Source of the DNA: Octopus bimaculoides
Taxonomy: Eukaryota
Assembly: GCF_001194135.2 (NCBI RefSeq)
Contig: NC_068983.1
Span: 82,997,105 to 83,061,104 of the forward strand
Reading direction: 5' to 3'
Length of the DNA stretch: 64,000 nt
In this document: one piece after another, positions 25,691 to 39,349 of the stretch
How positions within the stretch are numbered: position 1 is the stretch's first letter
Layout of the letters: each line of letters starts with the position of its first letter
The notes under the pieces: model-generated
The model's input: the letters and a program-made list of their open reading frames with translations, nothing else
Told to the model about the DNA's origin: nothing
Databases searched by the model: none
Program-made: the position numbers and the translations under genes

Positions 25691-27945
25691 TTTTGTTTTT
25701 CACCAAAATATATTGGCGTGTACACTCTTACTTTGGCTTGCAAACCCCATAAAACAGCTCTTGTCATTTTCTCTCTTTGCACTTTCGCTTTATATGTATC
25801 TTCGCACTTTCGCTTTATATGTATCTTCATTATCTCCTCTTTTTACATCATCTTTCTGAACAAATAATCAAATATGATTAGATTATTTCCCCTAATAATT
25901 CCTCTCTTTATAATTTTAACATCGACAAATTTCAACTAAATAGTGATATAACTTTATAAAGATTATACGATCATAAATAGTAAAATATGAAAATTATTGT
26001 AATGAAACATTTTTGGTTGTCTGATATAGGCCCACAGATGTCGAAAAGGATACTTGCTTAAATCGTTTAATCAGTGAGAATTTACAGCCAATGATCCACG
26101 AGCAAATAGTAAATACCACATGACCTACCATCCCCACTTATTTTATAAAACATTTATAAAAAGAAGGAAATTAAGAAATTTGTGAGATAACGCTGATCTT
26201 GGAAATTAACGCTTTCGTTTCCTCTTTTGAAATAATATTACCCTAGCATTAAGAATTCCAATACACAATGTTGTTATAGCATTTAAAAAGTTAAAGAATA
26301 TGCAGAGCTAGAAGAATTTTCAGCTAATACTCGCCCGGCAACAGAGTAATATGTGCAACTTGCAGCATATCAAACTACTTTCACATTATAGAAGATCAAA
26401 TTTATGTGAAACTAACTTTTATGAAGGTGAAAGTGGTGTTATATTTAGGATCATCAAAATAAGTCGCAAGCATTTATAAAATAAAAGGAAGATCAAAATG
26501 TTAAATATGGTTCCCACCGTTTGATATTTTTCAAAAGCCAACGAAATAAAGTCTTACGTTACAGTGCAAAGTTCAATCCCTCTACTGTACGCTGGTTTTG
26601 TTAAGGACCTTGCATCTTATTCGCGTATGATGAGATCTTTCATAGTTTTGCAAATTTAGATAGTACCCATCAAATATTTTCCTCGCACGCCTAATATGTA
26701 ATAAAGAGTTGAATTTGTAATGAAACGTATAGAAGTCATGTGATAACCAAATTATTCGGAGTTTGCAGGTATACACGATTCATTTTGCTTCCTTTAACCT
26801 GACCATCAAGTTTTTCAACATGATACGATCGCTCTAATAAATCAATTTCTGCTATCAATCAGATGTTATGAATCAGCTATCAAGATAATAATACCTTAAA
26901 TGTTCTAAATATTAAAAGTCGTTTCATCAAAACAAAGTTCATTGACTTATGCTGATTGTAATGAAACAGAAATAAACATAACTCATTTTAAATAACTCAG
27001 TAGGTTAAATATTTCAAAAACGGTATTTAGAATATTGCCCTCATTAAAAAACGATCTTCATTTAAGCTTCCCAGCTACCAGAAATGTATTTTTCCGAAAT
27101 ACTTTTCAGTAATATGTTTAAGATCACTAACCTTTTACACCCAACAAAACCTATGATAATCTTGTTAATGAAGAAATATTCATCAATACCCCTTCCTATC
27201 AAAAGTCTAATTATGTGTTTTAAAGAACTCAGATTATTGAACAGTATTCTACACAAAATCGTTTTCCTCTCGGTACATATTGAATGTGAAAATCTATTAA
27301 TTTAATGGCATTTCTCCAGTATTTTAAACCAGTTAAGACTTATTTCCAAAGAAATCAATAAAGATGTATTAAAAAGAAACATCAGTTTTTCTAATTACCA
27401 AACTTCTTTGCTCTTTGACCGTGGAATATATCAATCAGGGAACACTTCTGTCAGTGTCTTAGCTTTTACATTATATTTGCATAATGGATAAAATTTCATA
27501 TCCACCAAAAGTTTTCTAATTCTTAAGTTATTCATATATTTATCTATTCCTTTAATATTTTTTTTCCAATTTCTTCAAGAAAATAACGAAATGGCTGTTA
27601 TTTGTTGAAATATCACATATGTTTGATTAGTTATTTTGTGTTTATATTATCATGGCATAAGTTGAGTAGATCTATAAAGAGAGATTTTTTTTTCAATCAG
27701 AGAAAGAAGAGCAGTGTAATGATAATGACATTATTTCGTGGTAGCGCACCCTTGGAGGAAAAGGTAACACCACTCCTGGGGTGCTTAAGTAGGAAGAAAG
27801 CATGAATATATCAAGTAAATCTTTAGATTATTCTGAATGTCTGAAAGTGAATTCAGCTTGTGTTAAATAACAATATTAATTGTATTCCTGGAGTAGCTTT
27901 TCTTTTTGTCTTTCTTAAACAGCTAAGCACCGTACACTAAGAACA

Positions 27946-28050
27946 TACAAAGAAGTGCTGAAAAGTTCCTAACTTTGGGTAAAAGAATATACAAGAGGAT
28001 CAATTAATTATGATTTTATTCAACGTATTGCCTTCTCAGAAGGGAATAAT
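27946..28050 (+). mobile_element. Mariner-like terminal fragment
   Basis: tacaaagaagtgctgaaaagttcct..gattttattcaac resembles mariner TIRs (TACGAGG..GAAAAGT..TTTTATTCAAC). Confidence 0.45.
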
Positions 28051-28199
28051 ATCACACAATGCTTCATCCAAAGTATTCTATGTATATATGCGTATGTGTG
28101 CGTGTGCATGAGTGTATGTGTGTGTGTGTGTTTGTATATAGATACATGACAATTATAAGCATGAGGAGTGTATGTGAGTTTATGTGTGTATATATGTGT

Positions 28200-28243
<44 letters not shown>

Positions 28244-28830
28244 TGTGTGCTTTCGCCGAACAGTTTCGTATGTAAAGTTACCAACAGAAAAGGATTATCA
28301 AATACGCCCGAGACACAGATCACCGGACATGTATAGCCCATTCTTTGGACAACTATACACCCACATACACACACATGCATACACAGACACACACAGACAC
28401 ACACAGACACAGACACACGGACACACAGACACACATATATTGCAGATGGGCACATATATTACAATCAACAACCATGTGAATTTGGGGTTGGTGTGTTACA
28501 TGAAGGTATACTGTTTGTAACATTTTAACTTTGAACAAGACATTAAAATCTTAAAGTTTTAATGAAAACCAAATCGTAAAAGAGATTGAAAAAAAGAAAA
28601 GAAAACATGCAGAAACTATGATTCAGAAGAAGACATTTCCATATCCCTGTAAAAGATATCGACTCCTCAGCGTTCGTTATTACACTGCAATGGTATCATT
28701 TTGCCAATTATTTCTGCACTGGTTTCATTGCCAGTTTATATCAAACAAGTTTATTAATTAGTTACTCAAACTCAAGGAAGATGCCAAAGAACAAATTTTT
28801 ATCATTATTTTTAATTTGTATATTTCTTTA

Positions 28831-28878
<48 letters not shown>

Positions 28879-29051
28879 CATTGTTATTTATTTACATTAT
28901 TATTGTTATTCATTTATTTAATTATTTATTTGTGTATTTATTGACAATTTTCTTTTCTGCTTAGTTCATTTACTGTAATTTTGTATCTTCATCGTTTTTA
29001 TTTTCTAGAATGTTCCGGATTCAGTCAACTAAACTTCATTATTATTATTGC

Positions 29052-29115
<64 letters not shown>

Positions 29116-29199
29116 TACTTTAAAAAATATGTATCTTCTTTAGTTAATTTCATTTTTCGTTCTTCTTTTAAAATTTTATTTCATATTGTTTCTAATTTT

Positions 29200-29830
29200 T
29201 GTTTAGCGATGATGAAGAAATATCCAGTTTGACTGTGACTGACACATCAGTGACTTCTGATACTCATGATATTGGTAATTGCTCTGATCTTAGTCGTGAT
29301 CATTATCGTATTTCTGATTATTACCGTCGTCGTCGTCGTCGTCGTCGTCGTCATCGTCATCGTCATCACCACCACCACCGTTATCGCCATCATCATTGCC
29401 ATCATCATCATCATCATCATCATCGTCGTCATCATTGTCATCATCATCATCGCTATCATTATCCCCATCAAACTTTTGATTATTGCAATGATAAAAATGG
29501 TAATGACGATGGTGTTACCGTTGGTGTTAACGTTGGTGGTGGCGGAGGCGATGTTGGTGTTGTTGGTGCCAGTTTTATTGGTGACGATGATCATGTTGAT
29601 GAGATGAGGAGGAGGAGGAGGAGGAGGTAGAAGATGAGGAGGAGGAAGATGAGGAGGAAGATGAGGAAGAAGAGAGGAAAAGAAGAAGAAGAGAGGAAAA
29701 GAAGAAGAAGAGAGGAAAAGAAGAAAAAGAGGGGAGGAGGAGGTGGTGGTGATGAAGGAAAACAAGGAGGAGCATTATGGCGATGGTGAAGATGACGAGG
29801 ACGACTGTGATAGTGATAAATAACAATATG
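29200..29830. repeat. Compound (CGT)/(CAT)/(GGT)/(GAG)/(GAA) block with 12- and 18-bp subrepeats
   Basis: Direct reading; explains the poly-R/H/I/S ORFs. Confidence 0.9.
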
Positions 29831-30113
29831 ACGATGGTACTCGATGATCGATAAAAATCTCGTCTTGTTCATCTATATCTGTTAAAGAAATAATCAAATT
29901 TGACTTCGGTGTGGGAACAGAATGTGATTCTAGAAGAATTACAGTTGTATTATCAACTACGTAAGTTTTATCTATCTATTTATATATTCATCTATCTGTC
30001 TATATATTTATCTATTCATCTATCTATCTACTTATGTGTGCATGTGTGTGTGTGTGTGTCTGTGTATGTATATGTATATATATGTATATATATATATATA
30101 TATNNNNNNNNNN

Positions 30114-30153
<40 letters not shown>

Positions 30154-32084
30154 AGCCAGTATGGTCGACTTTTAGAGCTTGATGTGGATTGTGTAGCCAT
30201 TATTGATGCCATAACCCAGTAGACACGTGACGAAACGCTTTCCAACGGGTACCGTCCTGCATTTTTGTATATCAGGGATCACATCGACTTGACAAAATAA
30301 CTTGTAAATTCTTTTAGGGTTACTTCACAGATATCATTAAACTCACGAGGTGCAGGGTAATATTTTCATTAGCCACAGCAAGACAGAGACAGATCCAGAT
30401 AAGGGTCCACAACTTAATATATAGTCATAAATGAAGAATTGTGTATTTTGTACAAGATGATATTCAAACAATTTTTAAAGTAGAAAAAATGCTTTGTTAC
30501 TGAATAGATTGTAAGTCCAAAATTAGGAGACAAACCCTTTCATTGGTCATTAAATAATGGTGCGAAACTAAGAATTCTTATCTCTACCATGCTGATGTAG
30601 TAGTAGACATATTTGACAATGGGAGGGGCAGGGATGAAGTTTCCAAAATAATTCAAGTAAAGCGAATTATCTGCGAGTCGTTTCTACTTTTATTTTTTAT
30701 GCTACTCCACACTGGCAGAAACATCAGGTGAACAACTCGTGACTAGACACTGCGTTCTCGATTCTGCGTAGGAGTATGATTGAAAAAATTAAGTTGCTTC
30801 AGAGGGGCTCCTCCGGGATTAACTTAAGCTTCATTACCTTTGTGGTAGATCCGCCACTGGCAAGCATAACTCAGTTTTAGGCAAAGTGCGGGATTCGTTA
30901 CAATAGATTAGATTAAATGAATTTTATCATTTCACATTCTCTGTCTTCTTAATACTTCACTATCGGTAACTTCCCATGAAAGGAAGATTCCTATGTTTCG
31001 CTCATCATATCTGGAATAAACGTGGTAAGATTCATATTAGTACAGTATTTTTTGTATCAATCGCTCGACGAGGCATTTCCCTTTTTCTTGTTTCCCATCT
31101 GATGACCGAGTAACAGCTCCTTTGGTGAAAAAGGTAATAATTTTAGATTCAACATGAACAACGAAACGGTTAAAATCCAGATAAAATTAAGTACTTTCAA
31201 GTATATTTATGCAAAAGGTTTTATTTGTATTAACTGCACGGTACAACTTGAGAACGATTTATTTTATTAGTGAGTGTTATTTATAAGTTGATTTAAGTCA
31301 AAGCGAACTTCTTGACAATTATACATAAATTATAGATGTGTTGGAAGAAGGAAATGAAATAGAAGAGCGAATTTAAATACCATTCTAATCAAACAAAACA
31401 ACTTCGATGACACATTTACAATATATTCCATAGTAATAAATAATGACTAACTCGCTTGTAACTTTGAATACATAACTAATGTAGACTTTTTCGGTTTTTA
31501 ATGAAACACGGTGTGAGACGGAGAGTTTAAAGGTGAACAAAATGTACTGTCATCAGCAAGCAAGTAGGTGGTAAGTGAAATGATAGATAGAAGAGAATGC
31601 AATAGAGAAGGAGAAAAAATGTTGGATATTCGAATTAATTGACTGTGATCATGGAGAGAAATATCAACCATGGCCGAAAACTGGAGGCGACCTAGTCAGC
31701 TTGAATCTTGTTCAGTAGTCACGGAATTTGCTTTCAGATTTTTATGCTCAGTCATATATCAAAGAGTTTTGTAACGACCGAAACCAAGCACGAATCAGAA
31801 ATACACCTTTGACAACTGTAATTTAAAAAAGACAGCAAGAAAAAAGAATGTACTACGAAGAAAAGAAGAGGAAGATGATACATCTTATATGTATCAACTT
31901 CCATAATTACTAAATCTGCTGTAAAAGCCATTATGTTTAGTTGATGATAGTTCTCGCTAATATGCCATGGTTTCATTATGCAATACTCTCAGACTTCCCC
32001 CTAACCTTATGTTACTCTCTGTCAACATATGTGTGTGTGTGCGTGTGAGGTATATGTATACGCATATATATATATATATGTATA

Positions 32085-32130
<46 letters not shown>

Positions 32131-32753
32131 ACTAGCTCTCTTTTTCTTTCTGTTTTACAATTGTGTCAGTCCACCAGCATTCTCAGGATTCAGGAATAAA
32201 TATTAATTATAAATTAATAGGGTAATTGTTCTTGAAGTACTCTAAATGTCGTTATTTGGAACAAACGAACGAACAAACGAACAAACAAACGAATAAATGT
32301 CCTTTTTCCTCATCCAAAATCGTTTCTCAAGTGTTTGCGATAACAAATTTCTGTTACTGGCAACTATTCATTTAAAAGTGAGTGAATGAAGCACTATTAC
32401 GAGTTGTAAACGCATTAATACTAGCGGGTTATCTATATAAAGTATGTTATTGCTTGTATTTATGTATAAAACAAAAACTGAAGATTTACAGCATTTGAGA
32501 GAGTAGCTCTCATTTTCACACCTGTCTCTGTCTAAGAATATGTGTGTACGCATAAATATCAATGTATGTGTATATATATGTGGCGAGAGTGAAGGAGAGA
32601 GAGAGATACGTACATAGATACATACATACATGCATACATATACACGCGTATATATTTGTATATATATATATATATCATAGATGAGATCAATATATTCTCT
32701 GCTTAGAGAATATATGTAGTGTTCAAAAGATTTAAACTTGAGCGGGTATAGAA

Positions 32754-32999
32754 GTAAATACAGGGATAAGCAAATTAGACAGATCAATAAATATGTAAAG
32801 TATATTAAATACATGAAATACAAAACATGTGTATATATGTAAACATATACAAACATATATAGGTCCGACTTACATTATTATTCTGTGTAAGTCGGACCTT
32901 TTTATATGTACACATATATAAACATTTTTTTGTATTTCATGCATTTAATATAAATATTTTATATATTGAAATGGCTAATTTGCTTATCCCTACATTTAC
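32754..32999. repeat. Imperfect inverted repeat (fold-back), arms ~120 bp, 11-nt loop
   Basis: Perfect inner stem aggtccgacttaca/tgtaagtcggacct (32861-32899); outer match agggataagcaaattag/ctaatttgcttatccct. Confidence 0.88.
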
Positions 33000-33108
33000 A
33001 TAAATATACACATATAGGCGGTCCAACGATAGCTTAACTAACCACAACTTCGAAGTCACTGCCAACATTATTCCTGTTTCATGATAAACATACACACACA
33101 CACACACA

Positions 33109-33159
<51 letters not shown>

Positions 33160-33419
33160 AGATTACCATCATCATTCAGTGAAGATCCCTGTATCTTCTG
33201 AAATATAGACTGTATTGGTATTTGGATATTGTCTCTACCAGTGAACCATTCACATCAAATCTGACTCAGATCCTCAGCAGAAGAACTGAACACTATTCGT
33301 GAACTGATGAAGACCTGAGTAGAATATCCGGAACTTTTCTGCTTCGCTTTTCACCATCCCGAAAAAGAATTATCTATTTCATGTATGTATGTATGTATGT
33401 ATGTATGTATGTATGTATG

Positions 33420-33630
33420 TATTGGGTCATCCCATAAAGAATGCGATTTTTTTCAATTGCTATAAAAACAGGTAGTAAGTTTACCTTGTCACTATTTTTA
33501 GTGCAAATTTTGAAGCATATGACTTCAATAAAACTGATTTGTCGTCATGTAGCGCAAAAGCGTACTTAGATAGGTGTCAGCTATGCACATTCATTTTTAA
33601 AATATAGTGTAAAATTGAAATGAGAGTTGG
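33420..33630 (+). mobile_element. Mariner-like 5' terminal fragment
   Basis: Starts tattgggtcatcccataaa at the end of a (TATG)n run; resembles mariner TIR starts. Confidence 0.4.
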
Positions 33631-33739
33631 CTGCTAATTTTATCGTGTCTACAAGTAATATAGAAGTCCCGGTGTGAACATAGGTAAACTGAATAAGTTA
33701 AATTATGTGGCATGATGTGCTTAATAGAAAGGGAGAGAG

Positions 33740-33781
<42 letters not shown>

Positions 33782-35419
33782 GTTGCATAGAGCTCAGGTT
33801 TTAGAAAAATATAAAAATGTTGAGTTCTATACGGTTTTGAACACATTTGCTGGTTACACACACACACACACACACACACACATGGATATGGATATATGTA
33901 CATTTAAACGTGTGTCTATGAGAGATAGACAGATTGTGAAAGTGAATGTACGTATATGTATGATATGTATGCCTGTATACTACATATTCTTCTAACACTA
34001 TACTCTAACCAAAATTAGTTAATTTTACAGATATGGTATCAATTTCTAAAGCTATGTTTGTCGCTTTCTCTTCTTGCCTTGACTACAATGGCGGATGCCC
34101 CCTATATCTTCTTAATTATCAGATATGATTTCAATTTCACTCCATCATTTGTATTATTACCAAATTAAAACTTATGCTAAATAAAACCATTTGGAATTAA
34201 TGTGATTTACATGTTGTAAGCATTCGGGTCAGGCTCCTAGTCTTGGAAGGTGTGCATAAGGAACATGAAAGCTTGTTTCTTACTTATGATTAAGCCATAA
34301 AATACAGAAGAAAAGATATTAAACCCTGAAACATAACAAAAGACCTGCTGTGATTTTGACCTCACTATCCTGTGCTCCTTGTTTACTTGGCTGATCCATC
34401 TCTAGCCGTATATTTGCCCAAAGAACTCTTTGAGTTAATAGGCTAATATGAATAGAGGAGCGACATTTTAAGATAAAAAAAGGATAACTCAATTATCTAT
34501 TTATTCGTTTTCTATTAAAACCCTACGTTCAGAAAATTTATGATGTTGCACAGGAAATGAATTGATTTTGCCTTGCCATTCAATGCGGAAAAAAGTTTCG
34601 CTTAAATTTTGTTAGTAATAAAATGGGCAAAAAAAAACAAAACAAAACTAAACAGCAGCAGTTACTGTTAATATAGCCATTGCCACAAGTGCTAAGATAT
34701 GTATTACAACTAACTTCTGCCGAAATTATTAGTCTAGTAAGCTTTGCGTGAAGCTGAATGCATACGTATTAGTATGAGAAATAGGAAATAAATAAAAGAC
34801 AGAGACAGAGAGAAAATAATAATGAGATTGAGATATAAACAGCAACAACTGTAGGGGAAGACACACACATACAACAAGAGTGTTTATATGTGTATGTGCT
34901 ATATATGACCTAAGGCAGATTATTTTTAACTTTCAGTACTTACATATGTTGAAGGTTTGTCAGGCAGCTGATCCTTGGGTAAACACCAAAATGATTAATC
35001 AGTTCGTATTACTTACAAATATCATACACAGCCCACACATAAAAGAAAAGTAAAAAAGAACTAATTCTTTCTTAGTGCTTTGTCTCCACCCATTGCTTTA
35101 ACAATGTCTGTTTCACTACGTTCTCCTGTCTCGAGAAATCTACACTCTGGACTTAACACCACAATCCAAGCTCTAATCCGTCTTTATATTCCTTTCACAT
35201 CAATGATATACTGGCTAAAATCAATGTGATTGTTCAAATAATTTTTGAGAAACTGGGATATATTTTATCTCTAAACTTCCTACAAATAATGCGTAGGTGT
35301 TAAATTATCATTCATATTTAATCTCTCTTGCCAAAATCCCTGAGAAATTTACATGGATTAAAGGAAAGATGCTTTCAAAAGCACATTTACATTCTGCTCT
35401 CCAAAATCTCAGATCAATC

Positions 35420-36260
35420 CACATTGCGTCAAGAAACACAAAAGAGGGTAGCAATATAACCATCATCCCACCTTCACCGAAAGCCAACCTCATGAGAGCG
35501 TCCATTGAAAAGCGTTTAGAGTGGAGTAAAACGTACAGAATTGGTCCCTAAAGCAGTGGAAGAATGTTATTTTCTCGGACTTGTCATCCTTTACCTTATT
35601 TCCGACCACCGTATGGAGACCATACGTATGGAGACAGCCAAAAGAAGCATTTGACTCAGACTGCCTTCTTCCAAATGTTAAACATGGAGGAGTATCTGTG
35701 ACGATCTAGTGTGTGGGGNNNNNNNNNNNNNNNNNNNNNNNNNNNNNNNNGTGTGGGGGGGGGGGGTATCTTGGAAATCCGGCGGCCCAATGATTTCCCT
35801 TTATGGCAGAATTAATAGTCAGACTATTTAAGTATTTTATCTGATCAAATTCATCCCATAGTTGCGGAACTGTTTCCGGAGAGAAACGCAGTCTTTCAGG
35901 ACGATAATTCACCAATTCACACAGCTAAAGTTGTTACTGAATGGCACGAGGAACGTTCTAGTAAAATTGAACATCTTATCTGGCCACCACAGTTCCCAGA
36001 TCTCAATATTATTGAACATTTATGATACATTTTAGAAAAACAATTAAGAAGTCGATATCCTCCACCATCATCACTACAAGAACTGGAGACTGTTTTAGCT
36101 GAAGAATAGACAAAAATTCCTTTGGAAACAATTCAGACTTTGAACGAGTCCATACCTCGTAGAATTCAAGGTGTAATTACTTCCAGAGGCGGTCCTACCC
36201 CATATTAAAATACATTTCTTTGAAATTTTAAGTTGTTTCCATTATTTTGTCCAGTCCCTA
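35420..36260 (+). mobile_element. Tc1-like transposase pseudogene with DD36E spacing and right TIR
   Basis: WKNVIFSD(L)SSFTLFPT, VWRQPKEAFDSDCLLPNVKHGG, FQDDNSPIHTAKVVTEWHEERSSKIEHLIWPPQFPDLNIIEHL*, SIPRRIQGVITSRGGPTPY*. Ends ggaaac/..ttttgtccagtccct-a-ta. Left TIR not found. Confidence 0.92.
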
Positions 36261-37756
36261 TATATATATATATACATACTTGCCAGACACTGTGTTTCCC
36301 AATGTTCCTATGGTTTTATGAAAGGATTAAATATGTTGCTTAAGGCTCGCGGTCTTGAAAATCGTAAAACATTCATGTCTACGTGTAGACCAAAACTAAT
36401 TTTCTGGAAACTTTATAGCTGTAGGGCGTAATAATTTGGTCAATTGTTCCAAATACCTTTCGTTGACATTTCCGCTTTTGAAAGAAAAACTCAATTGGAT
36501 GCAAACTGTTTAGCTAAGACGTTGACAAATCGGACAAACTGTTTAGCTGTGACAGTGTAATTAATCGAGTATATAGGTAGCATGAAAAGTAGAAGTGACG
36601 GAGTTGTACGGCGTGTAGAGTGAAATGCATACTGGTCACTTCATCTTTGTGCTTAACATAAGGAGAGAAACAAGCATTTATATTGTGTAAAGGGGTGATA
36701 TTTGTCAAGCAACCCAGCATACATTTGCTGGAGTGAAAGTAGCGAAAGATTGGAAGAGGCGAGAGAAGAGAAAAAGAAAGACGAAGGAAGATGGTGTGAA
36801 AATGTATGATTAAAACCGCAAGAGAGAAGAAAATGAGGGAAAATGAAAAAAGAGAAAAAAGATAATAAAAACAGAAAATACATCCATCCATCCAACCATA
36901 CATACATATAACGAGAGAAATCTAGAGAAAAGAAGGAATGTGTGTGAGATGTAGGGTTATAACGAGAAGAAAGAGAACGTTAAGAACGAAGAAATCTATT
37001 ACAGTCAAACCAAAATAAATTGAAATTATTAGAAGCGGCTTGTATAACAAGTTGTTTGTTGACTTAAGAAAAAGTGGTGGCGGGCAATGATGGAAAATGG
37101 GGCGTTCTTTTCAGTTAACGAGGGTTATTACAGAGTCTATCCCTTGCCCTTCACCCTATCCTCAGCCTCGTGGATATTCGCGTTCTCTTAGTTCCCTTAA
37201 AATCCATTTCTATCATTGATGATGAGAGCATAAGTTACTTCCAAAGCGATTAATTACGTACACAAATTTTGGTTCTTTTCCCTTCATTACATCTCTTTGT
37301 AGTGGTTTGGTTGTAGCTTGTCACTGGATGAGGTCAGAGAGTTAGACGTTATCTGGTGAAAGAGTGAAACTACCTCTATATATGATGTTAACCCATACTG
37401 AGCATACGAATGTAGAGGTTACGTAGTCGTAGTTGTACAACACTAGATCAAACTTGATCCAGTTAACAACTGACCGAAAACACACTGTCATATTGTAATG
37501 ATTTTAAAAAGAGTACTCTCTGTCAAAAAGGAGATTTAGCTAATATTTATGATACGTAAAACGACCAGATACATGTTAACATGTTGGTTTATAGATTCAA
37601 TGACAGTGTCAAGACGATGTACAGAGAAAATTTCGTTTCTTTCCTGGTTCAATCTCAATGAAATTAACGAATATGCTTCTGATTCAGAAACTATGAATGT
37701 ATATATATTGTGTATGTAAGCCTTTATAAATATGAATACGTTTACACAATTATACA

Positions 37757-38012
37757 TGGCGTGGATATGTGGTAAGAAGTTTCCTTCCCAACATGTTTCT
37801 GGATTCAATCCCACGGCGTGGCACCTTCAGCAATTGTTTTCTATCATAGACTCGAGCCGACCAATGTCTTGCAAGAGAATTTGGCAAACGGAAACTGATG
37901 GAAGCACGTCGTAACCACTAAGTTACGGGGCAGTAAACCCACCAACATCGGTTGTCAAGCGATGGTGGGGGACAGACACAGACACAAAAACACACACACA
38001 TAAAAATATATA
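37757..38012 (+). mobile_element. SINE type B with its middle segment inverted
   Basis: 5' half on + (37757-37913), immediately followed by the central/3' segment on - (37914-38012). Confidence 0.8.
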
Positions 38013-38113
38013 TTTTACTTAAATATACTACCAAAAATGTTCTTTATTTGCTTAATTTATCGGTGGGAGAATTCCGTAATATATATCAAGATAAACTTAG
38101 AGCTACACTAACT

Positions 38114-38327
38114 TTTCTACTCTAGGAACAAGGCCTGAAATTTTTGCAGAAGGGGACCAGTTGATTAGATCGACCCCAGTACGCAACTGGTAATTAATTT
38201 ATCGATCCCCAAAAGGATGATAGGCTAAGTTGACCTCGGCGGAAGTTGAACTCAGAACGTAAAGACAGACGAAATACCGCTAAGCATTTCGCACGTCATG
38301 CTATCGTTTCTGCCAGCTCACCGCCTT
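38114..38327 (-). mobile_element. SINE type A1 with 17-bp TSD
   Basis: ttagagctacactaact (38097-38113) and ttagagctacaataact (38328-38344), 1 mismatch. Confidence 0.92.
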
Positions 38328-39009
38328 TTAGAGCTACAATAACTAGAGCCTGTATTATCCCATATATATAGAGTTAGGCAATAATAACAAATATGAAAAT
38401 ATTAGTTTTTCTTTCTTTTTTTTTTAGAAATAACTAGATGTGAAGTTACTTAAATACGGATTATTCACAGTAACTAACAAGTAGATGACCCTATATTCAT
38501 ATATTATGGAAGGGAGAACTCAGTAAATAAGAATTAAGTCATATAAACAAATCAAAGGCTGAGTACCGATCCTTGACAAATATAGTTAATGCTATGGTTT
38601 TTTTCATATAAAGGACTATAAATAGTATATATCCAAATTTTATTCATTCTTTCTGTAATAAGAATACAAGCTATAAACTAAACAATATTATAGTAATTAT
38701 TATTGTGGTTATTAAATTTAGTAAATCAAATTAAACTATTCATTTATAATAATAATAATAATAATGAAAATAAGTACTATTATTATCAATTAATTAGTTA
38801 ATTAATGTAATTATACATATAATTATTTAGTATAATAAAGACATCTTATTTATAATATGTAATTAATATTGAATTACTAATATAATGATGTATTTTACAG
38901 TAACTACAATAATTTGTACTGGAAAGATTCAAAATTCTGAATTAATCTATTAAAAAATTAATTTTCCAAATTCAAAATTATTATATAGATTAAGATGACA
39001 AAACTTAGC

Positions 39010-39296
39010 TATACATATATACATACATACACGCACGTACACACACACACGTACGTACATACACACATACACACACATACATGCACACACACACACACAT
39101 ATATATAAATATATATATTCCCAAATTCATACATATATACATACATATATATACAAATACATATATATATATATACACATACACACGTACATATACTTAT
39201 ACACAGATTGCAACTTCCATATACATATACAGATATATACATGCAAAAAACTATATAGATGTATACAACCAAAATATACACATACAAACATATATA

Positions 39297-39349
<53 letters not shown>

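Noticed and set aside
29199-29630. 143-aa Arg/His-rich ORF
   Set aside because: Built from (CGT)/(CAT)/(GGT)/(GAG) repeats that are open in several frames and on both strands.
30845-30859. gtagatccgccactg, resembling a DNA-transposon TIR
   Set aside because: No matching partner TIR or TSD found nearby.
31085-31135. CTGATGA...GAAA hammerhead candidate
   Set aside because: Stem II is only marginal and stem I cannot form.
31670-31774. ATG in strong Kozak context (accATGG) opening a 34-aa ORF
   Set aside because: Short, no good splice donor, and no recognisable motif.
33304-33334. ctgatgaagacctgagtagaatatccggaac as a Penelope-type hammerhead
   Set aside because: GAAA is absent and stem II does not pair; at most a decayed relic. 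The same applies to ctggatgaggtc..gacgtta at 37324.
35100-35230. CR1/L2-like RT motif (SG.PQ....F..HINDI)
   Set aside because: Needs two frameshifts within ~30 codons; too weak to list as a feature.
35711-35766. Poly-G insertion inside the Tc1 transposase
   Set aside because: gtgtgggg appears on both sides of a 32-N gap, which indicates unmerged contig overlap rather than biology.
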